A stretch of 64,000 bases of DNA, from contig MU057809.1 of assembly GCA_013265495.1 (NCBI GenBank), positions 1,997,041 to 2,061,040 on the forward strand, written 5' to 3'. Made by a program: the position numbers and the translations under genes. The stretch's first letter is position 1, and every line of letters starts with the position of its first letter. Positions 37,169-51,289 of the stretch are shown here, piece after piece. The DNA is from Vicugna vicugna (Eukaryota). The notes under the pieces are model-generated. The model saw nothing but the letters and a program-made list of their open reading frames with translations, was not told the DNA's origin and made no database searches.

Positions 37169-37898
37169 GAACCTAGATTCCTAGGGAGTTGTGGCTGGAA
37201 GTATTTTAGGATTCGTCATTGTAAAGATGGCATTTAAAGTGAAATCGAGTCAGCTTGGTTTCATGTTTGTCATGACCCATGTTCAGCTGTTCGTGTGCAG
37301 GTGAGGTGGGGGTCGAACATTTGCTTTAATCAGTACTGGGGTGTTCCAGGTGTCTGTGATGCAGGAGAGAGGACAAGGGAGTTCAGGGCCTGGTTATAGT
37401 GATGGGCCGTGGGGTCTACACTGGGTAGGGGCTGAGGTAGGACATGAACAGAGGAATGACCGTCCAAGTTCTGGAGGTCAATGGCTCGAAGGTCTTGATG
37501 GAGCTCAGTTCTTGTTTGGTGGTGAGTTAGCGGGACTGCCTCATGGCGCAGCTCCCGTTGCACTGCAAGGAAGAACGCCCGGTGGTCCTGATAATTGAGA
37601 AAGTGAGCCAGGGCCATCACAGGATACTTGAGACTGAGGTTTTGTCAAGGTGTCCAGAGTACAATTATGGGAAGAGGTGGGCGAGTTGGGATGGAGGTAA
37701 AGTTCTTCAGGAATGATGACAGCAAAGGGCTGAGAGAGAGGGTGAGGGCTGAATCATCTTTGTACACATTGAGTGATGGCAGAAACCATGATGGCTCAAC
37801 AAAGACAGTGCTTCGGTGCTAATGTTTCATCAGTGAGAAGAGGGGGTGACCAGGAGGTAAGTAGCTGGTTTTAACAAGAAGCAGATAGGGTGGAATGT

Positions 37899-38396
37899 TC
37901 TGGTAAGCAGAATAATGCCTCCCCTTCCCCCCCACACTCCTAAAAATAGCCACATCCTAATCCTGGAACCTGTGGATATGTCATATGACAAAAGAGACTT
38001 GGCATATGTGATTGCATAAAGGTTCTTGTGGCAGGGAGATTATTCTGGATTATCTGGGGGCCAGATTTCATCACGAGGTCTCTGTAAGAAGGAGGCAGGG
38101 GTGTTCGAGTCCGGGAAAGAGACGTGCTGATGGAAGCAGAGTCCGGAAGACTGAGGACGCTGTGCTGCTGGTGTGAGGAGGAAGGGGCCACCACCAGGGG
38201 ATGAAGGAGGCATAGCGTCTAGGAGCTGGAAGAGGCAAGGAGATAGACAGATGCTGCTCTGCCGACTCTTTGATCTTAACCCAGTGAAACCCATTTTGGA
38301 CTTCTAACGTCCATAATGGTGAGGTAATAAATTTGTATTGTTTGAAGTTACTGATTTTGTGGCTATCTGTTATAACAGCAATGGGAAAGTAATTCA
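37899..38396 (+). mobile_element. MLT1D-like MaLR solo LTR
   Basis: tggtaagcagaataatgcc...cacatcctaatcctggaacctgtg...gggagattattctggattatc...acagcaatgggaaagtaattca. Probable TSD aatgt/aatgg. Confidence 0.92.
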
Positions 38397-41300
38397 AATG
38401 GTTTAAGGTTAATTCTTTAAATTTGCAGAAAGTTTTGAGTGAGGGAAAAGATCTGGAACCAACCATGGCATGCCATCTTCAGGGTGATGGCATATGGGGT
38501 ATGGAGAAAAACGGCTGCCACCTACAAGGGGCTTCAGGGGACAGCCTGGTTTCAGTTAAAGAAAGAGGTGATGGAGCCATTTGGGGAAGAAATGGAGGGT
38601 GCAGAGGCATGGCCCGCAGTGAATGCCGGAGGGCATGGTGGCAGGGCATGGGGTTGGGGTCAGAGGAGGTAGAATTTGAATCCATTTCCTGCAGTGGAGA
38701 GAGTTGTATGGGGTTGAGAAGCTGCATAATGTCCAATAACCTAGAATGTTTGAAGTCCTTTTGCAGGCGGAAGTTTGCAACAAAACAAGGGAACGAACAA
38801 AACAGTAACTTAGGTCATAACGGGACTGCTGCAGAGAAGTGTAAGCCGTCAGTGCTCACCTTGCCCCGATGCTGGGGCTGGCCTGTCGGACAGTGCGTGG
38901 TGGCGGCACCTCAGCAGGGCAGCAGCAGGCCCTCCTCCAGGCAGTGCTTCTTCTGGTCTGACCTGGGCTCTTCCCCTTGCAGACCTGGAAGGCACGTTAG
39001 TGGTTATAGAGACGCCTGAAGGTACTTTTCCTATCCCCAGCCATTCTGGCACTCTGTTACATCACCAAAATAGAAAATGAAACTCACTAACTCTTTAACA
39101 ATTACCTTCATTTTTTCCCCTGAATTAAGGAAGAAACCTTACAGAGATTGTAGTAACATAAAGAAGAAAAAAATTCTTTACTCGAATAATCAGCATTCCA
39201 TTTCGGTATGCTTCTTTACTGTTTATTTAATGTAGCTTTACATAGTTGAAACAGTGCTATATATACAAATACTTCATAGCCAGTTTCCCTTCTTTTTAAC
39301 ATTATTTATAAGCAATTGTTTAATGTCAAAAAATAGTATTCCGTCATATAAGTAAGTCATAATTCAACATTGTATAGTTGCAGAGTTTTAAGCTTTCATT
39401 ATTAAGTGATCACAGCCTTTTTGGATAGAATTCTACACTTAGGAGTATATTCCTCGGGCCAGAGCTCTAGGACTATAACAGTTAGATCAAACAGTAGGAG
39501 CTGTTAAAGACTCTTGAAAAGTAATGTTAAATTATATTCCCCAAACCGAGCACTAGTTTACCCTCACACCAGTGATTTGTATGTAAATTCCAATTATATC
39601 AGTTCAAAACGGCAATGAGTTTATTTGCATGCATTTACAAGTAATAGTAAAATAAACCACAGAGTCTTAGAATGACCCATTTCAACTTGCCTAAGAGCAG
39701 AATTTAGATATTTCTGTGCAAGAACATTTTCTATGATGTCCCTTATAGTTGTACATCACCCTCCGACATAAACACTTCCAATCAGAGTTCATGGATTTTT
39801 TCTTAAGGCTAAGTGCTTATTAAAATTTTAAACCTTTCCAGATTACTGAAGGAAATTTGTCTTTTGTCATATCGTTAACCTATGTGATTAGCCTACAGAA
39901 CACGTCTACTAATAATTAGTTCTTAGAACCACTGTAAACCGTGAGAGAAGGAAGAAAACCAAGTCAGAAGGAATAAGAAGGGAAGACAGAACTTCAGATC
40001 CACTTGTGTTTTACAAAGGAAAAGAGAATGGCTAGAATGAACAGCAGAGACAAAGCAGAATTTCTGTTGTTCACTTGTGATGTCGTTGCCAGTGTGTCAC
40101 CTAGTTTCACATGGGTGGGCAAATAAGGTAAATCATCTATTTCAAAGTTACCTTGAATGTGAACTTAGCGTATGTGCGTGAATGAGAAATAACGGTGTCA
40201 GCCATGGTAACTCAATTCACGCGTGAAGCATCAGCCTACATTTGCTTCACGAGGAGTACTGGGGAGTCTCTGAAATTGGAGAACAAATTTGTGTGATCAC
40301 ATGTTTCCTGAATTAGTTACTTGCCTTGTGACTTCACAATGTATAGAAACAGACAACTATCCAGAAGGTCGAATATAAATGATATTAAAATTTGTTTCTC
40401 AATGAAAAATCCTTATTGTACAGTTGATCATCTCTGTTGACTTTTCATTGGTTTGGAAATCTGGTCGGTAGTTGGGATTATGCTGTTAGAATGTTCCACC
40501 AAAATAGCTGTGCTTCCTGTAGCAGTGAATGAATGATTCATCTAAGAGTCTAACAAGACTCGAACAATGTGAACTCTGCTCTGAATGTTGGACCTGTTCC
40601 TGGTTGTCAGACCAAAGTACTGACCCTCAGACTACGTGAAGTTCTCAGTTGATATTAAATGTGAATTTTTTGATAAGCCCACATTTTTACTTGAACAGTT
40701 CAATTTTGGATTGATCTTAATCCATGCCCCATGTTAATGCTTAATGTCAGTCCTTTATTTACCCTTAGTTTTGTATTGAAATGTGCATGTTTATTTTGAC
40801 TTTAGTCACTTAAGTGTAGTGAGAAATGGGGCAGAGATTCAGTCTGTATTTGAATAATGGGTATTTGGAAGGCTAAACTGAGAATAAATTTAACTTCTAC
40901 TTGCTTAAAAAAAAACTCTGAATTTACCAACGATCTGAGCAGTTAATTTGTCTTTTGGATTTTTACATAGAGACTGAAATTTCCCTAGCTGTGTTCTGGG
41001 TTCAGCCAGGAGGGAATGGAGGTTGGTTAGAACGTTTGTAGTGTGTAACTAATAACATTTGTGTCACTACCTAAATATGTCTCAGAGAGTCAAATGTAAG
41101 TAATTCTAACATATTTAAAATTATTTGGATCATCTGTACTATTTTCTCCTTGCTAGTGTAACTAATTAAATTAATTCCATTATTTGTTTTGATGTTTCCA
41201 TCTGTACTGGGTGCTGACTTCTGTAGAAGTGATATGTGGGAGAACTTGTTCTCGAAAAGCAGATGCTGTGGGTTTACTGCTTACAGTGCTTATCTGAACA

Positions 41301-43239
41301 ATGCAAAGTGTTACACATTAGTATTTTAAATATACAAGGAATTCACAGGAAATATTTTGCAGTGCAGGTAGAATGAGCTGTCTAGAAATTAAGTAGGCTT
41401 TTGTTTTAAACTTGATTCATTTATTTGTACTAAAGTAGCGCCTTCAGTAACACCCCATTTATCTGGTCATTTTCCAGAATATGATGGAATTTTCCAGGTA
41501 ACTGATCATAAATTAGTTTTCCAGGTAACTGAATCTTGCACCTTCAAGGACTAAAATCTTTTAAATTTAGCCATTTTTGATGGAAATCTTTATAAAATAT
41601 ATTATATACTTTCCAGCTTCTTACTTCCCTATGCTTTCTTAGTCAGAGGATGCTCAATGCAATTTCACTTTTTTCTGATGACTCAGGACCACTATTTGAA
41701 AACTGAAGTGGTTGAATGTTATGCCAACTTTTAAGTTTTTCTTTCTTCTTGGTCAGATTAATAAACTGCTACTTCTTCTGCTGTTCTGTTATCTCTAGTA
41801 ACTCTTCTGTGTCTTAGTGGTTTTGCTTTTTGTTTTCCATGGCTTGTGAAACCAAAGTTGTTTGGAATAACTGTTCATGGTAAAATCAGGATCCAGGAGG
41901 GCCAGGGTGAGGGCCCAGGGAGCAAGTGTGATGCTTGAGAGCTGTTCTTATCAGCCGTGTTGGGCATTCACCCCTCTCCAGCGCTTCTGGACTTGGAGCT
42001 TTGTCCTGAAAGGTTGATTACTGAGAGGGCTCTGACTCATGGTATGCTAGGTCTTACCTGGTTCCTTCAGCCTCCCTCCCAGCTGGGTAAACTGAGCCCT
42101 GAGTCAGTATTCTGGGCATCGCCCAAGCTTACACACACTAAATGGTAGCAGAACCCTGGGTTTAAGTCTCGACTCTGGTCTCCAAGCCCGTTGCTTTTCT
42201 ACTGTAACTGCGACCTTAACGCCAGGTAATTATTATGGCCTTTGTCATCAGTCTTGATAAGTAAAGAGTCTGTGTTCTTTCTTGATGGGACTCTTGTTAC
42301 TCACCCTCTTATGTAGACTAGAAGCCAGAGACTCATCCTAGACTTCTCTGTGCTCTCCATTCCAAGAGTTACTAAACCCTGGCTGGTTTAAGTACCTCTA
42401 GAATCTTCCCTCGTCTGCATCTCTGTTACATAGTCCTAGTTCATCTCTTGTCATCTCTAGTCTTTTTTCTCTCCTTGTTCTGCACCCTGCCTCTGGAGTC
42501 ATCCTCCTCAAAAGCACCACCCATTTGGCCAGTATAGGCAGTCAATAAATGGAGGAAATACAGGGAGGGAGAGGGAGATGGAGAGATTATGAACAAACAT
42601 GGACACCTGAGGGGCAGAGAATGAGTCCCAATGGGTAGAAAAATAAAAATACAGATAGGAAATAGTTGAACTATGTATATGTAGATGTGAGAGAAAATGA
42701 TTTGAGTGCTGTAGCCAACCTGAACCATGTGATAAACGTGAGCGAGACCCCATGGAAACCCTGAGTGCACTGGTGTATAACATCGACCTCTCTTACCAAG
42801 ATCAATGTTACTGCTGATCAGTCTCTGGTGAGAACTCCATTTCCAGTATGGGATAATACAAAATAAAAGCATAGGCAGGGCTGAAGAATGAGAGCTCTAC
42901 TAAGTAAATTGAAAAGTGGAATAAGACCCACTGGTACAGACTTAAAGAAACGGAATGACTGCGGCTTGAAAGGTTAAGGGCGACTTATGTGTGACTCAAA
43001 TATATAAACTATATTATTCTGAGGGTGATGCCAAAATGAACTCTGTCTGTTCTCTTTGCAGTGAGAGATTGTGTTATAGGCAGTGCTTTGAATTCAAATA
43101 TTTTAATTTTTTAGCAGCCTAACACATACACTGTAGAAAGCCAGGTAGCACTGTAGGTCTGTAAGGAACGCCGGCAGTACCGGGCGCTCCGTGTGTCCTT
43201 CATATGTGGAAATTCACGTTCGGGAATTTTTTATTTGTG

Positions 43240-43550
43240 GTGTTAGTTCTTTGATCATTTCCTTCTCTCCTTTTGTCTTTTATTTCTTTTCAGAAAGCTT
43301 GCTAGTTTCCTGTTGGGCTTGCTGGGTTGATTCTCCTATTTTCATCTCTTTTTCTTTTCTATTGTCCATCTCTTTGTCTTTCCCCCTGCACAGTTGCACA
43401 GTATTTTTTTCTTAGCCATCTCAGGATATTCTTTTTTTTTTTCCTTCTGCATTGCTCATTGCCTCTGCTTCTTCCAGTGTCTTTTTTTATGTTTGGTTGT
43501 TTTGGTCTCTCTCCTTCATTTTGGAGGCTTTCCTCAGATGCCTGTTGGTC
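43240..43550 (-). mobile_element. HAL1 or L1M-like fragment
   Basis: Similar motif order to 11000-11460 (ctgggttgattctcctattttc...ggaggctttcctcagatgcc). Confidence 0.5.
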
Positions 43551-45581
43551 ATAAATTCTTTGTACGTGGATGGGGCCCAAATGCTTTTTATAAGGTGATC
43601 CATCTTATCTCACGGGGTTCTCCAGGGGTCAGAGTACATAGTTCTTGTCTTATGAATTATGTTCTCCATTTTTAACTAGCAAAACTAGAAAGCTATTTGA
43701 ATTAAGTATAAGAAAACCTTAAATGCTAGGGATATTAGATATTGCGCTGAATTATCATGGAAGGCTTTATAAGCGCTGAAAGGTTATTAATTGATTTGGT
43801 TTTTAAATATTAACGTTATCTGTTTGCAGCATGTTTGGTGTGAGAGGTTTTGTTGGGGGATCAGGAGTGAAGTCCTTTTCTTTCCGTGGGTGGGGAGGGT
43901 GCTGTTTTCAGAAGCATTACAATTCTACTTCCCCAAAGGTGACTGTACTTCAGGAGTTAAACTGGGTTTAGGCTAACGAATTACAACACACACTTCTTCT
44001 GGAAGACCTGCTAGCCAGTGTGTGGTTGACAGCTCCTCCTAAGTGAGGCTTCATTGCTGTGATCCTTAATTAGGATCAGATAATGGGTCATGTTTTCATT
44101 CTTAAATGCTTAGCAGTTGAAAAATCATTTCATATAAAAATAATTTAAATATTTTAAACCAGTGTAAGAAAAATAGGCAGATATCACAAAGAAAGTTAGG
44201 TGTTTTCATAGGAAGAGCAGTGATAGATATTTTCTCAAAAATGTTTTACTAGTAGATGCTAAAGTTCTTGTAAAGTGAGAAAAATGCATTTAAAATGATT
44301 TAAATTAATAAAATGCACCAATTTATTTCAGAACTATCAAAGCTAATAAAATAAAAAGGCTTGGGCATTAATTTTCATTAGTATGGTTGTGTTAAGTGTG
44401 GGTAGTTCTTTTATTGCATTAACGCAAACTATGATAGGCTGGAAAGAGTCCCTTTGCTTATCTGTCGGTTTAATTTAAAAGTAAAATGTACATTATTCTA
44501 ATTATATGCATTAGTATTGAATGTTACGTTCATCAATTTATGACTCTCGTTCTTAATTTTAACAACCTTTGATTACCTTATACCCTGGGGCTACAGTAAG
44601 GAAGGAAATCTAGCCTGGGATCCAAGAGGCCTGTTCTCCAGGTTGAGTTAGACGCCTATTTAGCTGTGTGACCTTATGCAAGTTACTCCACTTCTCTGCC
44701 TTAAAATTTTCTCAGCTGTGAAATGGGAGCCCTTGGGTTTTCTCTATTTGCAGTGTTCCCTTATTATATGACAAACTACATCTTAAAGGTCTTTTTAAAT
44801 TAGTAAATGTATAACCAACATGTGCAAACAGTACACACACACACAGATACACACATTACACGTAATAGATATGTATGTATGTGTGTATCATGGTGAAAAA
44901 TTCAGACGCTATCAAAATGTATAAAACAAAAAATGAAAGTTTACTCCCGCCTACACTCAAAACAAAACTGATTGGAAGAAAAATCTGCAGTAACAGAGCT
45001 AATAATTGCTAATGGTCCCTATATGTTCTTGCAGAAATTTTTCATGCATGCGTCAGTATACAGGACATGTAAATCACAGTGCAGGTACCATTAAGCTCTG
45101 TACTTTTTCCTCCCTTGTATTTTGGAAATCATTTGACATAAACATATTCCTGAACATATTTATTTTTAATCAATATCTGGTAGCTCTATTTTTAAACTAA
45201 TAAGAAATTTAATTTTTAATTCTTTGCCTTTTTTCTTAAATCTTAATTCCCCCCTGCGTGCTTAAATTGTATTAGCAGAATAATTTTTAAAAACCTATGC
45301 ATCGAAAAATGTCTAAAAATAGATAAAGCAAATATTAATGATGTTTTTATTGGGTAGTAAATTTGAAGTAATTTTTCCTTTATGCTTTTCTGTATATTTC
45401 ATATTTTTAAATGTTGACATTTTATTGGGGGGAAAAATCCATTTTAATAAAAAGTACCATGCTATTATGAGGTAGTTATCAATCAGTAGTTGTTTAATTG
45501 AATTATAAAACCATATTCTTTATTGACTATTAAATCACACCTCATTAAAAATATTTTATTGTTATTTTTCCCATTCTCTTT

Positions 45582-45882
45582 ATTTTTAATTAAAGTATAA
45601 TTTACATATAATAAAATGCAGAGATTTTTGACTGTACCTTTTGATGAGATTTTTACCCACTGCACTTAGAGTATGAAACATTCCAAGAGTCCCACAGAGG
45701 TCCCTGAAACCCCTTTTACACCAGTCCCTCCCCTCCACCCAGGCATCCCTGGTCTGCTATCTGCCCCCAGAGACTGGCTTCTTCTGTTCTGAGCGTCACA
45801 CGGATTAAACCCCAGCCTCTGTGCTCTCCTGTGTCTCCCTGTTCCGTAACACATGGTATCAGTATTTACATGTCTTCATCAC
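45582..45882 (-). mobile_element. Old L1M 3' end fragment
   Basis: tttttaattaaagtataatttacatataataaaatgcag...ttttgatgagattttt is a reversed L1M 3' end. Confidence 0.75.
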
Positions 45883-48800
45883 TGTTTAAAAATACCTTCT
45901 ATTCTTTTTCTTAATGTTTAAGTAACTGGACCAAAGTTGCACAGCTCGGAAGTGCCAGAACCAGGGCTTGGGCCCAGGTCTGTGTGACCCAGAGCTCTTC
46001 TCCCTGACCCGACGCTTGCGGCTCTCCTGGGGCTTGTGATAGGAAATAAAGTTGGGATGGAAGATGGTGTCAAACTGTGAAGTACCTTGAATGTTATGCT
46101 GAGGAACATGTATTTCATTCCTCATAATGAGTTCTCCATGCCAGTCCCTTGATACTTTGGGATTATGCATTACAACAAACTGCATTTATTGTATTAAAAA
46201 AATTCCAGTTTTCCTGCAACACGTATTCACCAAGTCACTACAGTGAACCATACACTGCTCTCGGCGGCTTGCTGACCCCAGGTCCTGGCCGTGGGCTGAG
46301 CTGACGGGTACATACTTTCAATCCGCCATCTTTATCTTGGAAGTCTTTTTTTTTCTTTTTTTTAATCACTCTAGGAATAGACCTTCTTTCATTAATTTTG
46401 TCTTTAAATTAGTAAGTTTCCTTCTGTTAATTCTGAGGCAGGTTCAGAAATACTGAATTTTCGTATTTTCCAAAGATCAATGTAATTTTGACTCGAAGCG
46501 CTTTCCTGTTGCCCTGTCAGCAACTCATCCTTATTTATTCAGGGCACTTGCCCCCTTACCTGGAAAGGAAGATGCTGTTGGATGTCATGCTAAAGAATTT
46601 GTTCTTTATTCCTTTCATGTGGAAATTAAGTCCCTCGCCTGGGTCTGCTCATACCTGCCAGCCCAGCTGCTTTGCACTAGGCCTAGGACACAGGAATTTA
46701 AGACACTCCTCACCCCACAGTGTCATGAACTTGGAAGGAAGGAGGGCAGAAGGCACATTCAGGCCCTAATTGGGGGAAACCACTTTGGTGGCTGGATGAT
46801 GTTTTAAGGAAAAAAGAGAGAAAAAGAAAGGAGCCCAAAGTGCGTTATGCTGCTGGCATGGTTGCCTGGCTGTGGGAGCCAACGGGCAGAAGGAACCTCC
46901 CTGAGAGGTGGCTCTGCTGGTTCCTTCCCCTGTGTCTGTCCTGTCCCCCAAGCGGCATCATCGCCCTCCGCCTTTTCAGTGTAGTCGCTAACTGGGGTGG
47001 CGCAGCTCGCAAGGAGGGGCTCTGGCGTTGCTGTTCGTGAGCTGCATACTCCCCGCGACCATCGGGCGACAGGAAGACTCAGGGAGGCTTTCCGGGAGCA
47101 GCCTTCTCCTCGCTCGTCACCTGCTTCCCAGGTTGGGGAGTTTCTTCCCACAAGGCAGGGCCCAGGAGGAGGCGTGGCTTACCAAGCAGCTGGAGCGTGG
47201 CCATGAAGTCCTCACCCCGTTGGTGCTTCGTTTTTAGAAATTCCTTCGAAGACCTGACATTTGCGGGGTTTACTGCGTTGTTTGAAAGTTTCTGTGGAAT
47301 TTTAACTGAAAAACGGAAGAGGAGCTGTCGGGCCCTTGCCCTTGCCACCTGCAATGCTCAGAAGAGGGCTTCTTGTAGGAGCTTCAGGCTGGACGGACTG
47401 GGTTTGTGTGGGTTTTGCAGTGGCCATGCGCGAGGTGCCCGTGGTCTGGGGACTCTGGGCTGGAGCCCAGCAGCCTGATGTGCTTGCCTGGCTCCCCTAC
47501 CCTGGGCTGCAGGCTCACTTAGAGTGGGGCCGCTTCTCGTTTGTTTTTGAGCTCCTGGCAACTGGCATGGTTGAGGGCAGGTAATAGGTGCTCAGTAGAC
47601 AGTTACAGACTGATTGACGAAATGGCGCAGCTGTCGCTATGGAGCTTGTCCACATCAAGATGAGCCATGAGAATGAGTGGGGTTGCAGAGAATTACTGCA
47701 TCCATCGCTTCACAGGGCTCACCAGCTCTGCGCAGAGTCCAGAGAAATGAGCTGGAGCTCCCACTCTCAGGTGATAGGCTGCAGCCACAGCTTGGCCAGG
47801 TGTCGGTAGACAGAGGCCTGCTGGAAGCACGCACCTTTCTCATGGGGGCATTGCCGCTCAGCTGTAGCCAGCAGATACGATGCCAGGGCTCCCAATTTTT
47901 CAGATGGGAACACGAACTATTCTGATTCTAAAATTTAAATTTGTAATATGTTGAGGAACAAATAAAATGCACATAGGGGGCAGATTTGGTCTGCAGGCTA
48001 CTTTCACATTACGCTCTCTAGAAAACCAGACAGCAGAGGGCCAGGTGCCAGCAACCCTTAAGGGCAGATGGAAGGAAAAGAACCCCCAGCAAGCTTGAGA
48101 AGGCAATTAAAGAGCTGGGGGAGACCAGTGAACTTGAATCTTAAGAAGGGAAGACTCTCAGGAAGTCTGGGCAGGGTTGATGGATATCCACTATGATATA
48201 TGCTGTGGAGAAGTCAAGTAATTAGCGAACACAGTGAATCATTCATGAATGCAGGGGAATGCATATTAACATGCAGCTGTTTTTGGTCTGGCATAAATAT
48301 GGTCCAGACTGTGGCTTTATCAGTTGGACCCAAGTTGTTTTTAAAGTTATTTCCTTAAAGCTTTGGCAAGAGAGTCCAAGTTCATATAAATTAATTTGAC
48401 ACTTTGAAAACCATTATTCATGTATCTATAATGTAATCCTTTAAAGGAGTATTTAAAATATTTCAAGGAATTTACATGAAACTGTCAAGGGAATCACTCT
48501 TTTTATATCCTCACCACGATAGGGTGGACCTTCGTCTTGTCTGTCTGGGCAAAGTTATGACAGTAGATCCTGTTCCAGGAGGTTTTATTTTATTGGAGGG
48601 AAGCCCAGTTAAAGTCTCAGAATTAATTTTATGTCATGTTATCTACCAAAGAACACATTTCCAAAGTCTCTCAAACATTTGACACAATTATTTCCATTTG
48701 CTAAATTTGATCAATGTTTTTCAAGTGACATATGCATTTTAAGTCAAAATTGAACAAAGTATGTCCTTGAGTACCACAAAATGTTTCCTATCTAAGACAT

Positions 48801-49039
48801 TGGACTCATAGAAGATGTTTTCATTTTTGTGGAAATAAAGTGTTTATAATTAATTATAAATTACTCTAATAGAGTGCTTTGTGCAAGTTAGAAATTATCT
48901 CATTGAACAAACAAGACCCCTTTACTGAGTTCCTTGCACGTACTTCATATGCTCAAAGCCATGCAGGCCGATTTGGTATCACCATTGTGCTAAGGAGGGT
49001 GTCGTCTAAGTCACACACTGACCGTTCTGTGTACTTCCA

Positions 49040-49325
49040 TGCCTCCACGTCATTTCTCATGTGTTTCCTTCTGCCTGGAATGTTCCATCCATTCCCAGTC
49101 TCTTGTCCTAATCATTTTTGTGAACTCCTACTAGGCTGCCGGGACAGACTAAAATGTCAGTTATTCTAGAGCTAACCCTAAAACCTATTTGTCGTTATTC
49201 CCATACCATGAATACAGCACTTACCAAATAATATTTTTGATATTTATTTTCCTCTTCCACAAGACTGTAAGCTTCCTGAGCACGTATCTGACGTAGGAGA
49301 GCTTTCCAACAAATGATTGTTGACT
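49040..49325 (+). mobile_element. L2 3' end fragment
   Basis: tttccttctgcctggaatgttc...agactgtaagcttcctgag...aacaaatgattgttga. Confidence 0.65.
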
Positions 49326-50754
49326 TAGGTTGAATCCATTAATTTGGACAGATACCACTCCAGTGCCTGACTCAGGCAAACAAACCATTAACCCAGTGTG
49401 CTGTTCAACATTTAACTTAACAGTGCGATGAACTAAGTGATCTTACATATTGTTATTATACAATTCAAACAAAGGAACAAAAAATAAGAATTTTTAAGGC
49501 AGGAAGGGCTAGATATATATCTAAGCCTTCAAAACCAAATTGAAAAATCCAACACTATCTTATAACATTTTAAGATAGTTCACATCGAGTTAAGAGTTTA
49601 ATTATTGGATAAGTAGCCAACTTTTAGAATTTTCATTCAGAATGATAGGTACTTCTCTAATAAGCTACAATAGATTTCTATTATGTCACAGCCTGATAAT
49701 GGCATAGTTTAGATATGCCGCAGGTGAACTCATCTTCCAGAAACCTAATGATTGTGAAAGCCTCACATAAGGCAACTTAGAACATTATATTTCCCCCAAC
49801 ACCAGTGTGATCCAATGTATCAAAAAGATCCTTTTTAACTTCTGCTTTGTCTAGATCGTGAATATGGCCGCTTGTTCTACAGAGACCTCACTAGCGGGCG
49901 TGGCCCTGGCTCCCGTGCTCCGGGGCAGAGCGCTGGATTCTTAAGAGAAAAGGGCTGGGGTGTAGGGGCTGTGGTGGGAAAAATATGAGATGGTCATCTG
50001 CTTTCTTCTGAGAAAACGGGATGGAGTGGTGTTCAGTGTGTGTGTGACAGTGTTACGCGTGCCTGTAGATGTGGGCAGGAATTATAAGGACTTCGTTGTT
50101 ATCATGTGTTTTAAATTCTGTTGATGTTCATATTGTTTGAATTTCACTTTTGGCTTATCCTGTACAAGAGGATGATCTTTTCAGAGCATTTAATGAATAT
50201 CAGCTTCTAAATTACCTCAAAATACTTCATTATTGGTTACTGGATAGTACCACCACCAGCAACCCAAATTTTATAAACTTGGTTTTTATCATTAAGATGG
50301 CCTTAATTTTATTTTTGAAAAATGATCATTTTTCACTCCTAAATTGTCACCACTAGCCATCCATGCTACTGTTCATCTTATTTAATTCCTTCCTCAACCA
50401 TAACAATTGTATGGTTTTTATATTTGAATTATTTTTCTCGTAAATTATGTTATCCTTGGCTAAAGGCTTTTCTCTTTAGTAAATGCTTTTGACTATCTGG
50501 CCTTTATAGCATCAATTTCATTTTTTAATGCCTACGGAGACATGCTTGACTGCTTATAAATTTTCCGGTATAGTTCTGTAGGAATTCTTCACTTTCCAGG
50601 GGCCATATGTATCCGTCTTGGTTCCCAACAGTTTATAACTGCCAGAATAATTTAAAAGACATTTTTCCTTTGCAGCTTAATTTAGGGTAGAGCACATTTT
50701 GTCAGCACAGGCTGCGTAGGAGATGGCGTGGATCAAGTGGCATTAGACCTCCAG

Positions 50755-51102
50755 CACCCTCCGAGGCCGTGTGGGGCGTCCACAGAGGGCGGCCCTGGGA
50801 GTCTGGTGTCTTAGATGTCAGTTTATTTCGTGCGTAGCCACACACAGCTGGTGTGGGTAGGCAGGGGGACTTCCGCTCAGCACAGCCCTAGGCTGGTGGG
50901 GAAGCCAAGTCTCAGACACTGCTGACTCCTGCCAGAGGGAAGGCCCGGCGTGCTCCTGCCTGGAAGTGAGCCCCCATACGGCTGTGTGCACTTCACTGGC
51001 TGCAGCCAAGTGCTGCATCCCAGTTCAGGGGGCAGGGACGTGCAGCCCACCGGCGCCTGGGAAGAACCGGAGTACTGGGTGGGCAGCAGGACTGACATCA
51101 CA
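50755..51102 (-). mobile_element. MLT1 (J/K/L-like) MaLR solo LTR
   Basis: tgctcctgcctggaagtga...cacttcactggc...gaagaaccggagtactgggtgggcagc...gacatcaca. Confidence 0.75.
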
Positions 51103-51289
51103 CTTTACGGAGGCCGTCTTCCAACCAGAGCCAACTTGGGAGAATTTCGAGGGGTAACAGATCTTTGCTCAAGGCGTTTCCACATCGTACAGGGTGAGAA
51201 CGGTGGCTGGTGGAAAAGCATTCGACGGAAAGCAGAGAAGTGTCATGGGACTGATGACGGGGCTAGAGAGACACTGGTGGGGACCGAGC

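Larger units (their letters stand above)
35688..38720 (-). mobile_element. L2 LINE fragments interrupted by an L1MC-like piece and an MLT1D LTR
   Basis: Reversed L2 tail ttagcaaatatttatcaaatgcc at the start. L2-like sequence resumes at about 37170-37898 and 38397-38720. Confidence 0.6.

Noticed and set aside
27774..38396. Oppositely oriented MLT1 LTRs as a dsRNA-forming pair or proviral ends
   Set aside because: Opposite orientation, separate TSDs, high divergence and about 10 kb separation indicate independent solo LTRs.
38423..39019. 198-aa + strand ORF
   Set aside because: Starts at TTG inside L2-like sequence and has no recognisable motif or splice support.
48030..49902. CTCF-like motifs (acagcagagggcca near 48030, tcactagcgggcgt near 49888)
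   Set aside because: Each has mismatches to the core, and such matches are expected by chance in 64 kb.
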